A stretch of 64,000 nucleotides of DNA from the NCBI GenBank assembly GCA_043228905.1, contig JBHGNT010000039.1, positions 186,001 to 250,000 on the forward strand. Direction: 5' to 3'. Shown piece by piece: positions 13,601-28,300 of this stretch (position 1 is its first letter; the number at the start of each line of letters is the position of its first letter). Origin of the DNA: Azolla caroliniana (lineage: Eukaryota; Plantae; Polypodiophyta). The translations under genes were made by a program, and so were the position numbers. Below the pieces are notes generated by a model. It searched no databases, was not told the origin of the DNA, and saw only the letters and a program-made list of their open reading frames with translations.

Positions 13601-15129
13601 TGGTAATTTCGTCATGTCTCTCGACCTGGGTTTCAAAATCTTGATTTTTTAATTCCATATCATAGCTAGCGTTGTTAGCTTTGATTCGCATGTTTGAACA
13701 CAAATATCCGATATCACACGAGCCAGGTATGAACATTTTAATTTACTCAAGGGCTCCTCTCAACTCCCTCCTCAAATTTGGTAATTTCGTCCTGTCTCTT
13801 GACCTGAGTTTCAAAATCTTGATTTTTTAATTCCATATCATAGCTAGCGTTGTTAGCTTCGATTCGCATGTTTGTACACAAATATCCGATATCACACGAG
13901 CTAGGTATGAACATTTTAATTTACTCAAGGGCTCCTCTCAACTCACTCCTCAAATTTGCTAATTTCGTCATGTCTCTCGACGTTAGTTTCCAAATCTTGG
14001 TTTTTTAATTCCATATCATAGCTAGCGTTGTTAGCTTCGATTCGCATGTTTGAACACAAAAATCCGATATCACACGAGCTAGGTATGAACATTTTAATTT
14101 ACTCAAGGGCTCCTCTCAACTCCCTCCTCAAATTTGCTAATTTCGTCATGTCTCTCGACCTTAGTTTCAAAATCTTGATTTTTTAAATCCATATCATAGC
14201 TAGCGTTGTTGGCTTCGATTCGCATGTTTGAACACAAAAATCCGATATCACACGCGCTAGGTATGAACATTTTTATTTACTCTAGGGCTTTTGTCAACTC
14301 CCTCGTCAAGGTTGCTAATTTCGTCATGTCTCTCGACCTTAGTTTCAAAATCTTGATTTTTTTAATTCCATATCATAGCTAGCGTTGTTAGCTTCGATTC
14401 GCATGTTTGAACACAAAAATCCGATATCACACGAGCTAGGTATGAACATTTTTATTTACTCAAGGGCTCCTCTCAACTCCCTCGTCAAGGTTGCTAATTT
14501 CGTCATGTCTCTCGACCTGAGTTTCAAAATCTTGATTTTTTAATTCCATATCATAGCTAACGTTGTTAGCTTCGATTCGCATGTTTGAACACAGAAATCC
14601 GATATCACACGAGCCAGGTATGAACATTTTAATTTACTTAAGGGCTCCTCTCAACTCCCTCCTCAAATTTTGTAATTTCGTCATGTCTCTCGACCTGGGT
14701 TTCAAAATCTTGATTTTTTTAATTCCATATCATAGCTAGCGTTGTTAGCTTCGATTCGCATGTTTGAACACAAAAATCCGATATCACACTCGCTAGGTAT
14801 AACCATTTTAATTTACTCAAGGGCTCCTCTCAACTCACTCCTCAAATTTTGTAATTTCGTCATGTCTCTCGACCTTAGTTTCAAAATCTTGATTTTTTAA
14901 TTCCATATCATAGCTAGCGTTGTTAGCTTCGATTCGCATGTTTGAACACAAAAATCCGATATCACACGAGCCAGGTATGAACTAATTTAATTTACTCAAG
15001 GGCTCCTCTCAACTCCCTCCTCAAATTTGCTAATTTCGTCATGTCTCTCGACCTGAGTTTCAAAATCTTGATTTTTTAATTCCATATCATAGCTAACGTT
15101 GTTAGCTTCGATTCGCATGTTTGAACACA
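3242..15129. repeat. Near-perfect tandem block duplication, period 6017 bp (34 monomers)
   Basis: Four independent rare markers share offset 6017: CTAGCC 3291/9308, the 44-bp deletion junction 5031/11048, CTTTTGTC 8271/14288 and ACTAATTT 8964/14981. Confidence 0.93.
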
Positions 15130-18100
15130 GAAATCCGATATCACACTAGCCAGGTATGAACATTTTAATTTACTCAAGGGCTCCTCTCAACTCCCTCCTC
15201 AAATTTTGTAATTTCGTCATGTCTCTCGACCTGGGTTTCAAAATCTTGATTTTTTAATTCCATATCATAGGTAGCGTTGTTAGCTTCGATTCGCATGTTT
15301 GAACACAAAAATCCGATATCACACGAGCTAGGTATGAACATTTCTATTTACTCAAGGGCTCCTCTCAACTCCCTCGTCAAGGTTGCTAATTTCGTCATGT
15401 CTCTCGACCTTAGTTTCAAAATCTTGATTTTTTTAATTCCATGTCATAGCTAGCGTTGTTAGCTTCGATTCGCATGTTTGAACACAAAAATCCGATATCA
15501 CACGAGCCAGGTATGAACATTTTAATTTACTCAAGGGCTCCTCTCAACTCACTCCTCAAATTTGCTAATTTCGTCATGTCTCTCGACCTTAGTTTCAAAA
15601 TCTTGATTTTTTAATTCCATATCATAGCTAGCGTTGTTAGCTTCGATTCGCATGTTTGAACACAAAAATCCGATATCACACGAGCTAGGTATGAACATTT
15701 TTATTTACTCAAGGGCTCCTCTCAACTCCCTCGTCAAGGTTGCTAATTTCGTCATGTCTCTCGACCTGAGTTTCAAAATCTTGATTTTTTAATTCCATAT
15801 CATAGCTAGCGTTGTTAGCTTCGATTCGCATGTTTGAACACAAAAATCCGATATCACACGTGCTAGGTATAACCAATTTAATTTACTCAAGGGCTCCTCT
15901 CAACTCCCTCGTCAAGGTTGCTAATTTCGTCATGTCTCTCGACCTTAGTTTCAAAATCTTGATTTTTTAATTCCATATCATAGCTAGCGTTGTTGGCTTC
16001 GATTCGCATGTTTGAACACAAAAATCCGATATCACACGAGCCAGGTATGAACATTGTAATTTACCTACTAGCTCTTCTCAACTCCCTCCCCAAATTTGCT
16101 AATTTCGTCATGTCTCTCGACCTTAGTTTCAAAATCTTGATTTTTTAATTCCATATCATAGCTAGCGTTGTTAGCTTCGATTCGCATGTTTGAACACAAA
16201 AATCCGATATCACACGAGCTAGGTACGAACATTTTTATTTACTCAAGGGTTCCTCTCAACTCCCTCGTCAAGGTTGCTAATTTCGTCATACCTCTCGACC
16301 TGAGTTTCAAAATCTTGATTTTTTAAATCCATATCATAGCTAGCGTTGTTGGCTTCGATTCGCATGTTTGAACACAAAAATCCGATATCACACGAGCCAG
16401 GTATGAACATTGTAATTTACCTACTAGCTCTTCTCAACTCCCTCCTCAAATTTGGTAATTTCGTCATGTCTCTCGACCTTAGTTTCAAAATCTTGATTTT
16501 TTAATTCCAGATCATAGCTAGCGTTGTTAGCTTCGATTCGCATGTTTGAACACAAAAATCCGATATCACACGAGCTAGGTATGAACATTTTTATTTACTC
16601 AAGGGCTCCTCTCAACTCCCTCGTCAAGGTTGCTAATTTCGTCATGTCTCTCGACCTTAGTTTCAAAATCGTGATTTTTTTAATTCCATATCATAGCTAG
16701 TGTTGTTAGCTTCGATTCGCATGTTTGAACACAAGAATCCGATATCACACGAGCTAGGTATGAACATTTTTATTTACTCAAGGGCTCCTCTCAACTCCCT
16801 CGTCAAGGTTGCTAATTTCGTCATGTCTCTCGACCTGAGTTTCAAAATCTTGATTTTTTAATTCCATATCATAGCTAACGTTGTTAGCTTCGATTCGCAT
16901 GTTTGAACACAGAAATCCGATATCACACGAGCCAGGTATGAACATTTTAATTTATTCAAGGGCTCCTCTCAACTCCCTCCTCAAATTTTGTAATTTCGTC
17001 ATGTCTCTCGACCTGGGTTTCAAAATCTTGATTTTTTAATTCCATATCATAGCTAGCGTTGTTAGCTTCCATTCGCATGTTTGAACACAAAAATCCGATA
17101 TCACACTCGCTAGGTATAACCATTTTAATTTACTCAAGGGCTCCTCTCAACTCACTCCTCAAATTTGCTAATTTCGTCATGTCTCTCGACCTTAGTTTCA
17201 AAATCTTGATTTTTTAATTCCATATCATAGCTAGCGTTGTTAGCTTCGATTCGCATGTTTGAACACAAAAATCCGATATCACACGTGCTAGGTATAACCA
17301 ATTTAATTTACTCAAGGGTTCCTCTCAACTCCCTCGTCAACGTTGCTAATTTCGTCATGTCTCTCGACCTGAGTTTCAAAATCTTGATTTTTTAAATCCA
17401 TATCATAGCTAGCGTTGTTGGCTTCGATTCGCATGTTTGAACACAAAAATCCGATATCACACGTGCTAAGTATAACCAATTTAATTTACTCAAGGGCTCC
17501 TCTCAACTCACTCCTCAAATTTGCTAATTTCGTCATGTCTCTCGACCTTAGTTTCAAAATCTTGATTTTTTAATTCCATATCATAGCTAGCGTTGTTAGC
17601 TTCGATTCGCATGTTTGAACACAAAAATCCGATATCACACGAGTTAGGTATCAACATTTTTATTTACTCAAGGGTTCCTATCAACTCCCTCGTCAAGGTT
17701 GCTAATTTCGTCATATCTCTCGACCTGAGTTTCAAAATCTCGATTTTTTAAATCCATATCATAGCTAGCGTTGTTGGCTTCGATTCGCGTGTTTGAACAC
17801 AAAAATCCGATATCACACGAGCCAGGTATGAACATTGCAATTTACCTACTAGCTCTTCTCAACTCCCTCCCCAAATTTGCTAATTTCGTCATGTCTCTCG
17901 ACCTTAGTTTCAAAATCTTGATTTTTTAATTCCATATCATAGCTAGCGTTGTTAGCTTCGATTCGCATGTTTGAACACAAAAATCCGATATCACACGAGC
18001 TAGGTATGAACATTTTTATTTACTCAAGGGTTCCTCTCAACTCCCTCGTCAAGGTTGCTAATTTCGTCATACCTCTCGACCTGAGTTTCAAAATCTTGAT

Positions 18101-21100
18101 TTTTTAAATCCATATCATAGCTAGCGTTGTTGGCTTCGATTCGCATGTTTGAACACAAAAATCCGATATCACACGAGCCAGGTATGAACATTGTAATTTA
18201 CCTACTAGCTCTTCTCAACTCCCTCCTCAAATTTGGTAATTTCGTCATGTCTCTCGACCTTAGTTTCAAAATCTTGATTTTTTAATTCCAGATCATAGCT
18301 AGCGTTGTTAGCTTCGATTCGCATGTTTGAACACAAAAATCCGATATCACACGAGCTAGGTATGAACATTTTTATTTACTCAAGGGCTCCTCTCAACTCC
18401 CTCGTCAAGGTTGCTAATTTCGTCATGTCTCTCGACCTTAGTTTCAAAATCGTGATTTTTTTAATTCCATATCATAGCTAGTGTTGTTAGCTTCGATTCG
18501 CATGTTTGAACACAAAAATCCGATATCACACGAGCTAGGTATGAACATTTTTATTTACTCAAGGGCTCCTCTCAACTCCCTCGTCAAGGTTGCTAATTTC
18601 GTCATGTCTCTCGACCTGAGTTTCAAAATCTTGATTTTTTAATTCCATATCATAGCTAACGTTGTTAGCTTCGATTCGCATGTTTGAACACAGAAATCCG
18701 ATATCACACGAGCCAGGTATGAACATTTTAATTTATTCAAGGGCTCCTCTCAACTCCCTCCTCAAATTTTGTAATTTCGTCATGTCTCTCGACCTGGGTT
18801 TCAAAATCTTGATTTTTTAATTCCATATCATAGCTAGCGTTGTTAGCTTCCATTCGCATGTTTGAACACAAAAATCCGATATCACACTCGCTAGGTATAA
18901 CCATTTTAATTTACTCAAGGGCTCCTCTCAACTCACTCCTCAAATTTGCTAATTTCGTCATGTCTCTCGACCTTAGTTTCAAAATCTTGATTTTTTAATT
19001 CCATATCATAGCTAGCGTTGTTAGCTTCGATTCGCATGTTTGAACACAAAAATCCGATATCACACGTGCTAGGTATAACCAATTTAATTTACTCAAGGGT
19101 TCCTCTCAACTCCCTCGTCAACGTTGCTAATTTCGTCATGTCTCTCGACCTGAGTTTCAAAATCTTGATTTTTTAAATCCATATCATAGCTAGCGTTGTT
19201 GGCTTCGATTCGCATGTTTGAACACAAAAATCCGATATCACACGTGCTAAGTATAACCAATTTAATTTACTCAAGGGCTCCTCTCAACTCACTCCTCAAA
19301 TTTGCTAATTTCGTCATGTCTCTCGACCTTAGTTTCAAAATCTTGATTTTTTAATTCCATATCATAGCTAGCGTTGTTAGCTTCGATTCGCATGTTTGAA
19401 CACAAAAATCCGATATCACACGAGTTAGGTATCAACATTTTTATTTACTCAAGGGTTCCTATCAACTCCCTCGTCAAGGTTGCTAATTTCGTCATATCTC
19501 TCGACCTGAGTTTCAAAATCTCGATTTTTTAAATCCATATCATAGCTAGCGTTGTTGGCTTCGATTCGCGTGTTTGAACACAAAAATCCGATATCACACG
19601 AGCCAGGTATGAACATTGCAATTTACCTACTAGCTCTTCTCAACTCCCTCCCCAAATTTGCTAATTTCGTCATGTCTCTCGACCTTAGTTTCAAAATCTT
19701 GATTTTTTAATTCCATATCATAGCTAGCGTTGTTAGCTTCGATTCGCATGTTTGAACACAAAAATCCGATATCACACGAGCTAGGTATGAACATTTTTAT
19801 TTACTCAAGGGTTCCTCTCAACTCCCTCGTCAAGGTTGCTAATTTCGTCATACCTCTCGACCTGAGTTTCAAAATCTTGATTTTTTAAATCCATATCATA
19901 GCTAGCGTTGTTGGCTTCGATTCGCATGTTTGAACACAAAAATCCGATATCACACGAGCCAGGTATGAACATTGTAATTTACCTACTAGCTCTTCTCAAC
20001 TCCCTCCTCAAATTTGGTAATTTCGTCATGTCTCTCGACCTTAGTTTCAAAATCTTGATTTTTTAATTCCAGATCATAGCTAGCGTTGTTAGCTTCGATT
20101 CGCATGTTTGAACACAAAAATCCGATATCACACGAGCTAGGTATGAACATTTTTATTTACTCAAGGGCTCCTCTCAACTCCCTCGTCAAGGTTGCTAATT
20201 TCGTCATGTCTCTCGACCTTAGTTTCAAAATCGTGATTTTTTTAATTCCATATCATAGCTAGTGTTGTTAGCTTCGATTCGCATGTTTGAACACAAAAAT
20301 CCGATATCACACGAGTTAGGTATCAACATTTTTATTTACTCAAGGGCTCCTCTCAACTCCCTCGTCCAGGTTGCTAATTTCGTCATGTCTCTCGACCTGA
20401 GTTTCAAAATCTTGATTTTTTAATTCCATATCATAGCTAGCGTTGTTAGCTTCGATTCGCATGTTTGAACACAGAAATCCGATATCACACGAGCTAGGTA
20501 TGAACATTTTTATTTACTCAAGGGCTCCTCTCAACTCCCTCGTCAAGGTTGCTAATTTCGTCATGTCTCTCGACCTGAGTTTCAAAATCTTGATTTTTTA
20601 ATTCCATATCATAGCTAACGTTGTTAGCTTCGATTCGCATGTTTGAACACAGAAATCCGATATCACACGAGCCAGGTATGAACATTTTAATTTACTCAAG
20701 GGCTCCTCTCAACTCCCTCCTCAAATTTTGTAATTTCGTCATGTCTCTCGACCTGGGTTTTAAAATCTTGATTTTTTAATTCCATATCATAGCTAGCGTT
20801 GTTAGCTTCGATTCGCATGTTTGAACACAAAAATCCGATATCACACGAGCCAGGTATGAACATTTTAATTTACTCAAGGGCTCTTCTCAACTCCCTCCTC
20901 AAATTTGCTAATTTCGTCATGTCTCTCGACCTTAGTTTCAAAATCTTGATTTTTTAATTCCATATCATAGCTAGCGTTGTTAGCTTCGATTCGCATGTTT
21001 GAACACAAAAATCCGATATCACACGAGCCAGGTATGAACTAATTTAATTTACTCAAGGGCTCCTCTCAACTCCCTCCTCAAATTTGCTAATTTCGTCATG

Positions 21101-24100
21101 TCTCTCGACCTGAGTTTCAAAATCTTGATTTTTTAATTCCATATCATAGCTAACGTTGTTAGCTTCGATTCGCATGTTTGAACACAGAAATCCGATATCA
21201 CACTAGCCAGGTATGAACATTTTAATTTACTCAAGGGCTCCTCTCAACTCCCTCCTCAAATTTTGTAATTTCGTCATGTCTCTCGACCTGGGTTTCAAAA
21301 TCTTGATTTTTTAATTCCATATCATAGCTAGCGTTGTTAGCTTCGATTCGCATGTTTGAACACAAAAATCCGATATCACACGAGCTAGGTATGAACATTT
21401 CTATTTACTCAAGGGCTCCTCTCAACTCCCTCGTCAAGGTTGCTAATTTCGTCATGTCTCTCGACCTTAGTTTCAAAATCTTGATTTTTTTAATTCCATG
21501 TCATAGCTAGCGTTGTTAGCTTCGATTCGCATGTTTGAACACAAAAATCCGATATCACACGAGTCAGGTATGAACATTTTAATTTACTCAAGGGCTCCTC
21601 TCAACTCACTCCTCAAATTTGCTAATTTCGTCATGTCTCTCGACCTTAGTTTCAAAATCTTGATTTTTTAATTCCATATCATAGCTAGCGTTGTTAGCTT
21701 CGATTCGCATGTTTGAACACAAAAATCCGATATCACACGAGCTAGGTATGAACATTTTTATTTACTCAAGGGCTCCTCTCAACTCCCTCGTCAAGGTTGC
21801 TAATTTCGTCATGTCTCTCGACCTGAGTTTCAAAATCTTGATTTTTTAATTCCATATCATAGCTAGCGTTGTTAGCTTCGATTCGCATGTTTGAACACAA
21901 AAATCCGATATCACACGTGCTAGGTATAACCAATTTAATTTACTCAAGGGCTCCTCTCAACTCCCTCGTCAAGGTTGCTAATTTCGTCATGTCTCTCGAC
22001 CTTAGTTTCAAAATCTTGATTTTTTAATTCCATATCATAGCTAGCGTTGTTGGCTTCGATTCGCATGTTTGAACACAAAAATCCGATATCACACGAGCCA
22101 GGTATGAACATTGTAATTTACCTACTAGCTCTTCTCAACTCCCTCCCCAAATTTGCTAATTTCGTCATGTCTCTCGACCTTAGTTTCAAAATCTTGATTT
22201 TTTAATTCCATATCATAGCTAGCGTTGTTAGCTTCGATTCGCATGTTTGAACACAAAAATCCGATATCACACGAGCTAGGTATGAACATTTTTATTTACT
22301 CAAGGGTTCCTCTCAACTCCCTCGTCAAGGTTGCTAATTTCGTCATACCTCTCGACCTGAGTTTCAAAATCTTGATTTTTTAAATCCATATCATAGCTAG
22401 CGTTGTTGGCTTCGATTCGCATGTTTGAACACAAAAATCCGATATCACACGAGCCAGGTATGAACATTGTAATTTACCTACTAGCTCTTCTCAACTCCCT
22501 CCTCAAATTTGGTAATTTCGTCATGTCTCTCGACCTTAGTTTCAAAATCTTGATTTTTTAATTCCAGATCATAGCTAGCGTTGTTAGCTTCGATTCGCAT
22601 GTTTGAACACAAAAATCCGATATCACACGAGCTAGGTATGAACATTTTTATTTACTCAAGGGCTCCTCTCAACTCCCTCGTCAAGGTTGCTAATTTCGTC
22701 ATGTCTCTCGACCTTAGTTTCAAAATCGTGATTTTTTTAATTCCATATCATAGCTAGTGTTGTTAGCTTCGATTCGCATGTTTGAACACAAAAATCCGAT
22801 ATCACACGAGCTAGGTATGAACATTTTTATTTACTCAAGGGCTCCTCTCAACTCCCTCGTCAAGGTTGCTAATTTCGTCATGTCTCTCGACCTGAGTTTC
22901 AAAATCTTGATTTTTTAATTCCATATCATAGCTAACGTTGTTAGCTTCGATTCGCATGTTTGAACACAGAAATCCGATATCACACGAGCCAGGTATGAAC
23001 ATTTTAATTTATTCAAGGGCTCCTCTCAACTCCCTCCTCAAATTTTGTAATTTCGTCATGTCTCTCGACCTGGGTTTCAAAATCTTGATTTTTTAATTCC
23101 ATATCATAGCTAGCGTTGTTAGCTTCCATTCGCATGTTTGAACACAAAAATCCGATATCACACTCGCTAGGTATAACCATTTTAATTTACTCAAGGGCTC
23201 CTCTCAACTCACTCCTCAAATTTGCTAATTTCGTCATGTCTCTCGACCTTAGTTTCAAAATCTTGATTTTTTAATTCCATATCATAGCTAGCGTTGTTAG
23301 CTTCGATTCGCATGTTTGAACACAAAAATCCGATATCACACGTGCTAGGTATAACCAATTTAATTTACTCAAGGGTTCCTCTCAACTCCCTCGTCAACGT
23401 TGCTAATTTCGTCATGTCTCTCGACCTGAGTTTCAAAATCTTGATTTTTTAAATCCATATCATAGCTAGCGTTGTTGGCTTCGATTCGCATGTTTGAACA
23501 CAAAAATCCGATATCACACGTGCTAAGTATAACCAATTTAATTTACTCAAGGGCTCCTCTCAACTCACTCCTCAAATTTGCTAATTTCGTCATGTCTCTC
23601 GACCTTAGTTTCAAAATCTTGATTTTTTAATTCCATATCATAGCTAGCGTTGTTAGCTTCGATTCGCATGTTTGAACACAAAAATCCGATATCACACGAG
23701 TTAGGTATCAACATTTTTATTTACTCAAGGGTTCCTATCAACTCCCTCGTCAAGGTTGCTAATTTCGTCATATCTCTCGACCTGAGTTTCAAAATCTCGA
23801 TTTTTTAAATCCATATCATAGCTAGCGTTGTTGGCTTCGATTCGCGTGTTTGAACACAAAAATCCGATATCACACGAGCCAGGTATGAACATTGCAATTT
23901 ACCTACTAGCTCTTCTCAACTCCCTCCCCAAATTTGCTAATTTCGTCATGTCTCTCGACCTTAGTTTCAAAATCTTGATTTTTTAATTCCATATCATAGC
24001 TAGCGTTGTTAGCTTCGATTCGCATGTTTGAACACAAAAATCCGATATCACACGAGCTAGGTATGAACATTTTTATTTACTCAAGGGTTCCTCTCAACTC

Positions 24101-25310
24101 CCTCGTCAAGGTTGCTAATTTCGTCATACCTCTCGACCTGAGTTTCAAAATCTTGATTTTTTAAATCCATATCATAGCTAGCGTTGTTGGCTTCGATTCG
24201 CATGTTTGAACACAAAAATCCGATATCACACGAGCCAGGTATGAACATTGTAATTTACCTACTAGCTCTTCTCAACTCCCTCCTCAAATTTGGTAATTTC
24301 GTCATGTCTCTCGACCTTAGTTTCAAAATCTTGATTTTTTAATTCCAGATCATAGCTAGCGTTGTTAGCTTCGATTCGCATGTTTGAACACAAAAATCCG
24401 ATATCACACGAGCTAGGTATGAACATTTTTATTTACTCAAGGGCTCCTCTCAACTCCCTCGTCAAGGTTGCTAATTTCGTCATGTCTCTCGACCTTAGTT
24501 TCAAAATCGTGATTTTTTTAATTCCATATCATAGCTAGTGTTGTTAGCTTCGATTCGCATGTTTGAACACAAAAATCCGATATCACACGAGTTAGGTATC
24601 AACATTTTTATTTACTCAAGGGCTCCTCTCAACTCCCTCGTCCAGGTTGCTAATTTCGTCATGTCTCTCGACCTGAGTTTCAAAATCTTGATTTTTTAAT
24701 TCCATATCATAGCTAGCGTTGTTAGCTTCGATTCGCATGTTTGAACACAGAAATCCGATATCACACGAGCTAGGTATGAACATTTTTATTTACTCAAGGG
24801 CTCCTCTCAACTCCCTCGTCAAGGTTGCTAATTTCGTCATGTCTCTCGACCTGAGTTTCAAAATCTTGATTTTTTAATTCCATATCATAGCTAACGTTGT
24901 TAGCTTCGATTCGCATGTTTGAACACAGAAATCCGATATCACACGAGCCAGGTATGAACATTTTAATTTACTCAAGGGCTCCTCTCAACTCCCTCCTCAA
25001 ATTTTGTAATTTCGTCATGTCTCTCGACCTGGGTTTTAAAATCTTGATTTTTTAATTCCATATCATAGCTAGCGTTGTTAGCTTCGATTCGCATGTTTGA
25101 ACACAAAAATCCGATATCACACGAGCCAGGTATGAACATTTTAATTTACTCAAGGGCTCTTCTCAACTCCCTCCTCAAATTTGCTAATTTCGTCATGTCT
25201 CTCGACCTTAGTTTCAAAATCTTGATTTTTTAATTCCATATCATAGCTAGCGTTGTTAGCTTCGATTCGCATGTTTGAACACAAAAATCCGATATCACAC
25301 GAGCCAGGTA
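14880..25310. repeat. Tandem block duplication, period 6057 bp (34 monomers); the second copy is shorter by one 1781-bp unit
   Basis: Offset 6057: ACTAATTT 14981/21038, CTAGCC 15146/21203, ATGTCATAG 15441/21498, CCAGATC 16507/22564. Offset 4276 (6057-1781): GTCCAGG 20364/24640, GGGTTTTAAA 20755/25031. Confidence 0.92.
16070..20310. repeat. 10-monomer higher-order repeat (1781 bp), about 2.4 copies; a further 1.4 or so copies at about 22130-24590
   Basis: CCAGATC at 16507, 18288, 20069 and at 22564, 24345 (offsets 1781). Co-repeating markers: ATCGTGA, TTATTCAAG, TCAACGTTG, GCTAAGTAT, CCTATCAAC, TTCGCGTG, ATTGCAAT. Confidence 0.92.
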
Positions 25311-28300
25311 TGAACATTTTAATTTACTCAAGGGCTCTTCTCAACTCCCTCCTCAAATTTGCTAATTTCGTCATGTCTCTCGACGTTAGTTTCAAAATCT
25401 TGATTTTTTAATTCGATATCATAGCTAGCGTTGTTAGCTTCGATTCGCATGTTTGAACACAAAAATCCGATATCACACGTGCTAGGTATAACCAATTTAA
25501 TTTACTCAAGGGCTCCTCTCAACTCACTCCTCAAATTTGCTAATTTTGTCATGTCTCTCGACCTTAGTTTCAAAATCTTGATTTTTTAATTCCATATCAT
25601 AGCTAGCGTTGTTGGCTTCGATTCGCATGTTTGAACACAAAAATCCGATATCACACGAGCCAGGTATGAACATTGTAATTTACCTACTAGCTCTTCTCAA
25701 CTCTGTCCTCAAATTTGCTAATTTCGTCATGTCTCTCGACCTGAGTTTCAAAATCTTGATTTTTTAATTCCATATCATAGCTAGCGTTGTTGGCTTCGAT
25801 TCGCATGTTTGAACACAAAAATCCGATATCACACGAGCGAGGTATGAACATTGTAATTTACCTACTAGCTCTTCTCAACTCCCTCCTCAAATTTGGTAAT
25901 TTCGTCATGTCTCTCGACCTTAGTTTCAAAATCTTGATTTTTTAATTCCATAGCATAGCTAGCGTTGTTAGCTTCGATTCGCATGTTTGAACACAAAAAT
26001 CCGATATCACACGAGCTAGGTATGAACATTTTTATTTACTCAAGGGCTCCTCTCAACTCCCTCGTCAAGGTTGCTAATTTCGTCATGTCTCTCGACCTGA
26101 GTTTCAAAATCTTGATTTTTTTAATTCCATATCATAGCTAGCGTTGTTAGCTTCGATTCGCATGTTTGAACACAAAAATCCGATATCACACGAGCTAGGT
26201 ATGAACATTTTTATTTACTCAAGGGCTCCTCTCAACTCCCTCGTCAAGGTTGCTAATTTCGTCATGTCTCTCGACCTGAGTTTCAAAATCTTGATTTTTT
26301 AATTCCATATCATAGCTAACGTTGTTAGCTTCGATTCGCATGTTTGAACACAGAAATCCGATATCACACGAGCCAGGTATGAACATTTTAATTTACTCAA
26401 GGGCTCCTCTCAACTCCCTCCTCAAATTTTGTAATTTCGTCATGTCTCTCGACCTGGGTTTCAAAATCTTGATTTTTTAATTCCATATCATAGCTAGCGT
26501 TGTTAGCTTCGATTCGCATGTTTGAACACAAAAATCCGATATCACACGAGCCAGGTATGAACATTTTAATTTACTCAAGGGCTCTTCTCAACTCCCTCCT
26601 CAAATTTGCTAATTTCGTCATGTCTCTCGACGTTAGTTTCAAAATCTTGATTTTTTAATTCCATATCATAGCTAGCGTTGTTAGCTTCGATTCGCATGTT
26701 TGAACACAAAAATCCGATATCACACGTGCTAGGTATGAACATTTTTATTTACTCAAGGGCTCCTCTCAACTCCCTCGTCAAGGTTGCTAATTTCGTCATG
26801 TCTCTCGACCTGAGTTTCAAAATCTTGATTTTTTAATTCCATATCATAGCTAGCGTTGTTAGCTTCGATTCGCATGTTTGAACACAAAAATCCGATATCA
26901 CACGTGCTAGGTATAACCAATTTAATTTACTCAAGGGCTCCTCTCAACTCACTCCTCAAATTTGGTAATTTCGTCATGTCTCTCGACCTTAGTTTCAAAA
27001 TCTTGATTTTTTAATTCCATATCATAGCTAGCGTTGTTAGCTTCGATTCGCATGTTTGAACACAAAAATCCGATATCACACGAGTTAGGTATCAACATTT
27101 TTATTTACTCAAGGGTTCCTCTCAACTCCCTCGTCAAGGTTGCTAATTTCGTCATATCTCTCGACCTGAGTTTCAAAATCTTGATTTTTTAAATCCATAT
27201 CATAGCTAGCGTTGTTGGCTTCGATTCGCATGTTTGAACACAAAAATCCGATATCACACGAGCCAGGTATGAACATTGTAATTTACCTACTAGCTCTTCT
27301 CAACTCCCTCCTCAAATTTGGTAATTTCGTCATGTCTCTCGACCTGAGTTTCAAAATTTTGATTTTTTAATTCCATATCATAGCTAGCGTTGTTAGCTTC
27401 GATTCGCATGTTTGAACACAGAAATCCGATATCACACGAGCCAGGTATGAACATTTTTATTTACTCAAGGGCTCCTCTCAACTCCCTCGTCAAGGTTGCT
27501 AATTTCGTCATGTCTCTCGACCTGGGTTTCAAAATCTTGATTTTTTAGTTCCATATCATAGCTAGCGTTGTTAGCTTCGATTCGCATGTTTGAACACAAA
27601 AATCCGATATCACACGAGCCAGGTATGAACATTTTAATTTACTCAAGGGCTCTTCTCAACTCCCTCCTCAAATTTGCTAATTTCGTCATGTCTCTCGACG
27701 TTAGTTTCAAAATCTTGATTTTTTAATTCCATATCATAGCTAGCGTTGTTAGCTTCGATTCGCATGTTTGAACACAAAAATCCGATATCACACGTGCTAG
27801 GTATGAACATTTTTATTTACTCAAGGGCTCCTCTCAACTCCCTCGTCAAGGTTGCTAATTTCGTCATGTCTCTCGACCTGAGTTTCAAAATCTTGATTTT
27901 TTAATTCCATATCATAGCTAGCGTTGTTAGCTTCGATTCGCATGTTTGAACACAAAAATCCGATATCACACGTGCTAGGTATAACCAATTTAATTTACTC
28001 AAGGGCTCCTCTCAACTCACTCCTCAAATTTGGTAATTTCGTCATGTCTCTCGACCTTAGTTTCAAAATCTTGATTTTTTAATTCCATATCATAGCTAGC
28101 GTTGTTAGCTTCGATTCGCATGTTTGAACACAAAAATCCGATATCACACGAGTTAGGTATCAACATTTTTATTTACTCAAGGGTTCCTCTCAACTCCCTC
28201 GTCAAGGTTGCTAATTTCGTCATATCTCTCGACCTAAGTTTCAAAATCTTGATTTTTTAAATCCATATCATAGCTAGCGTTGTTGGCTTCGATTCGCATG

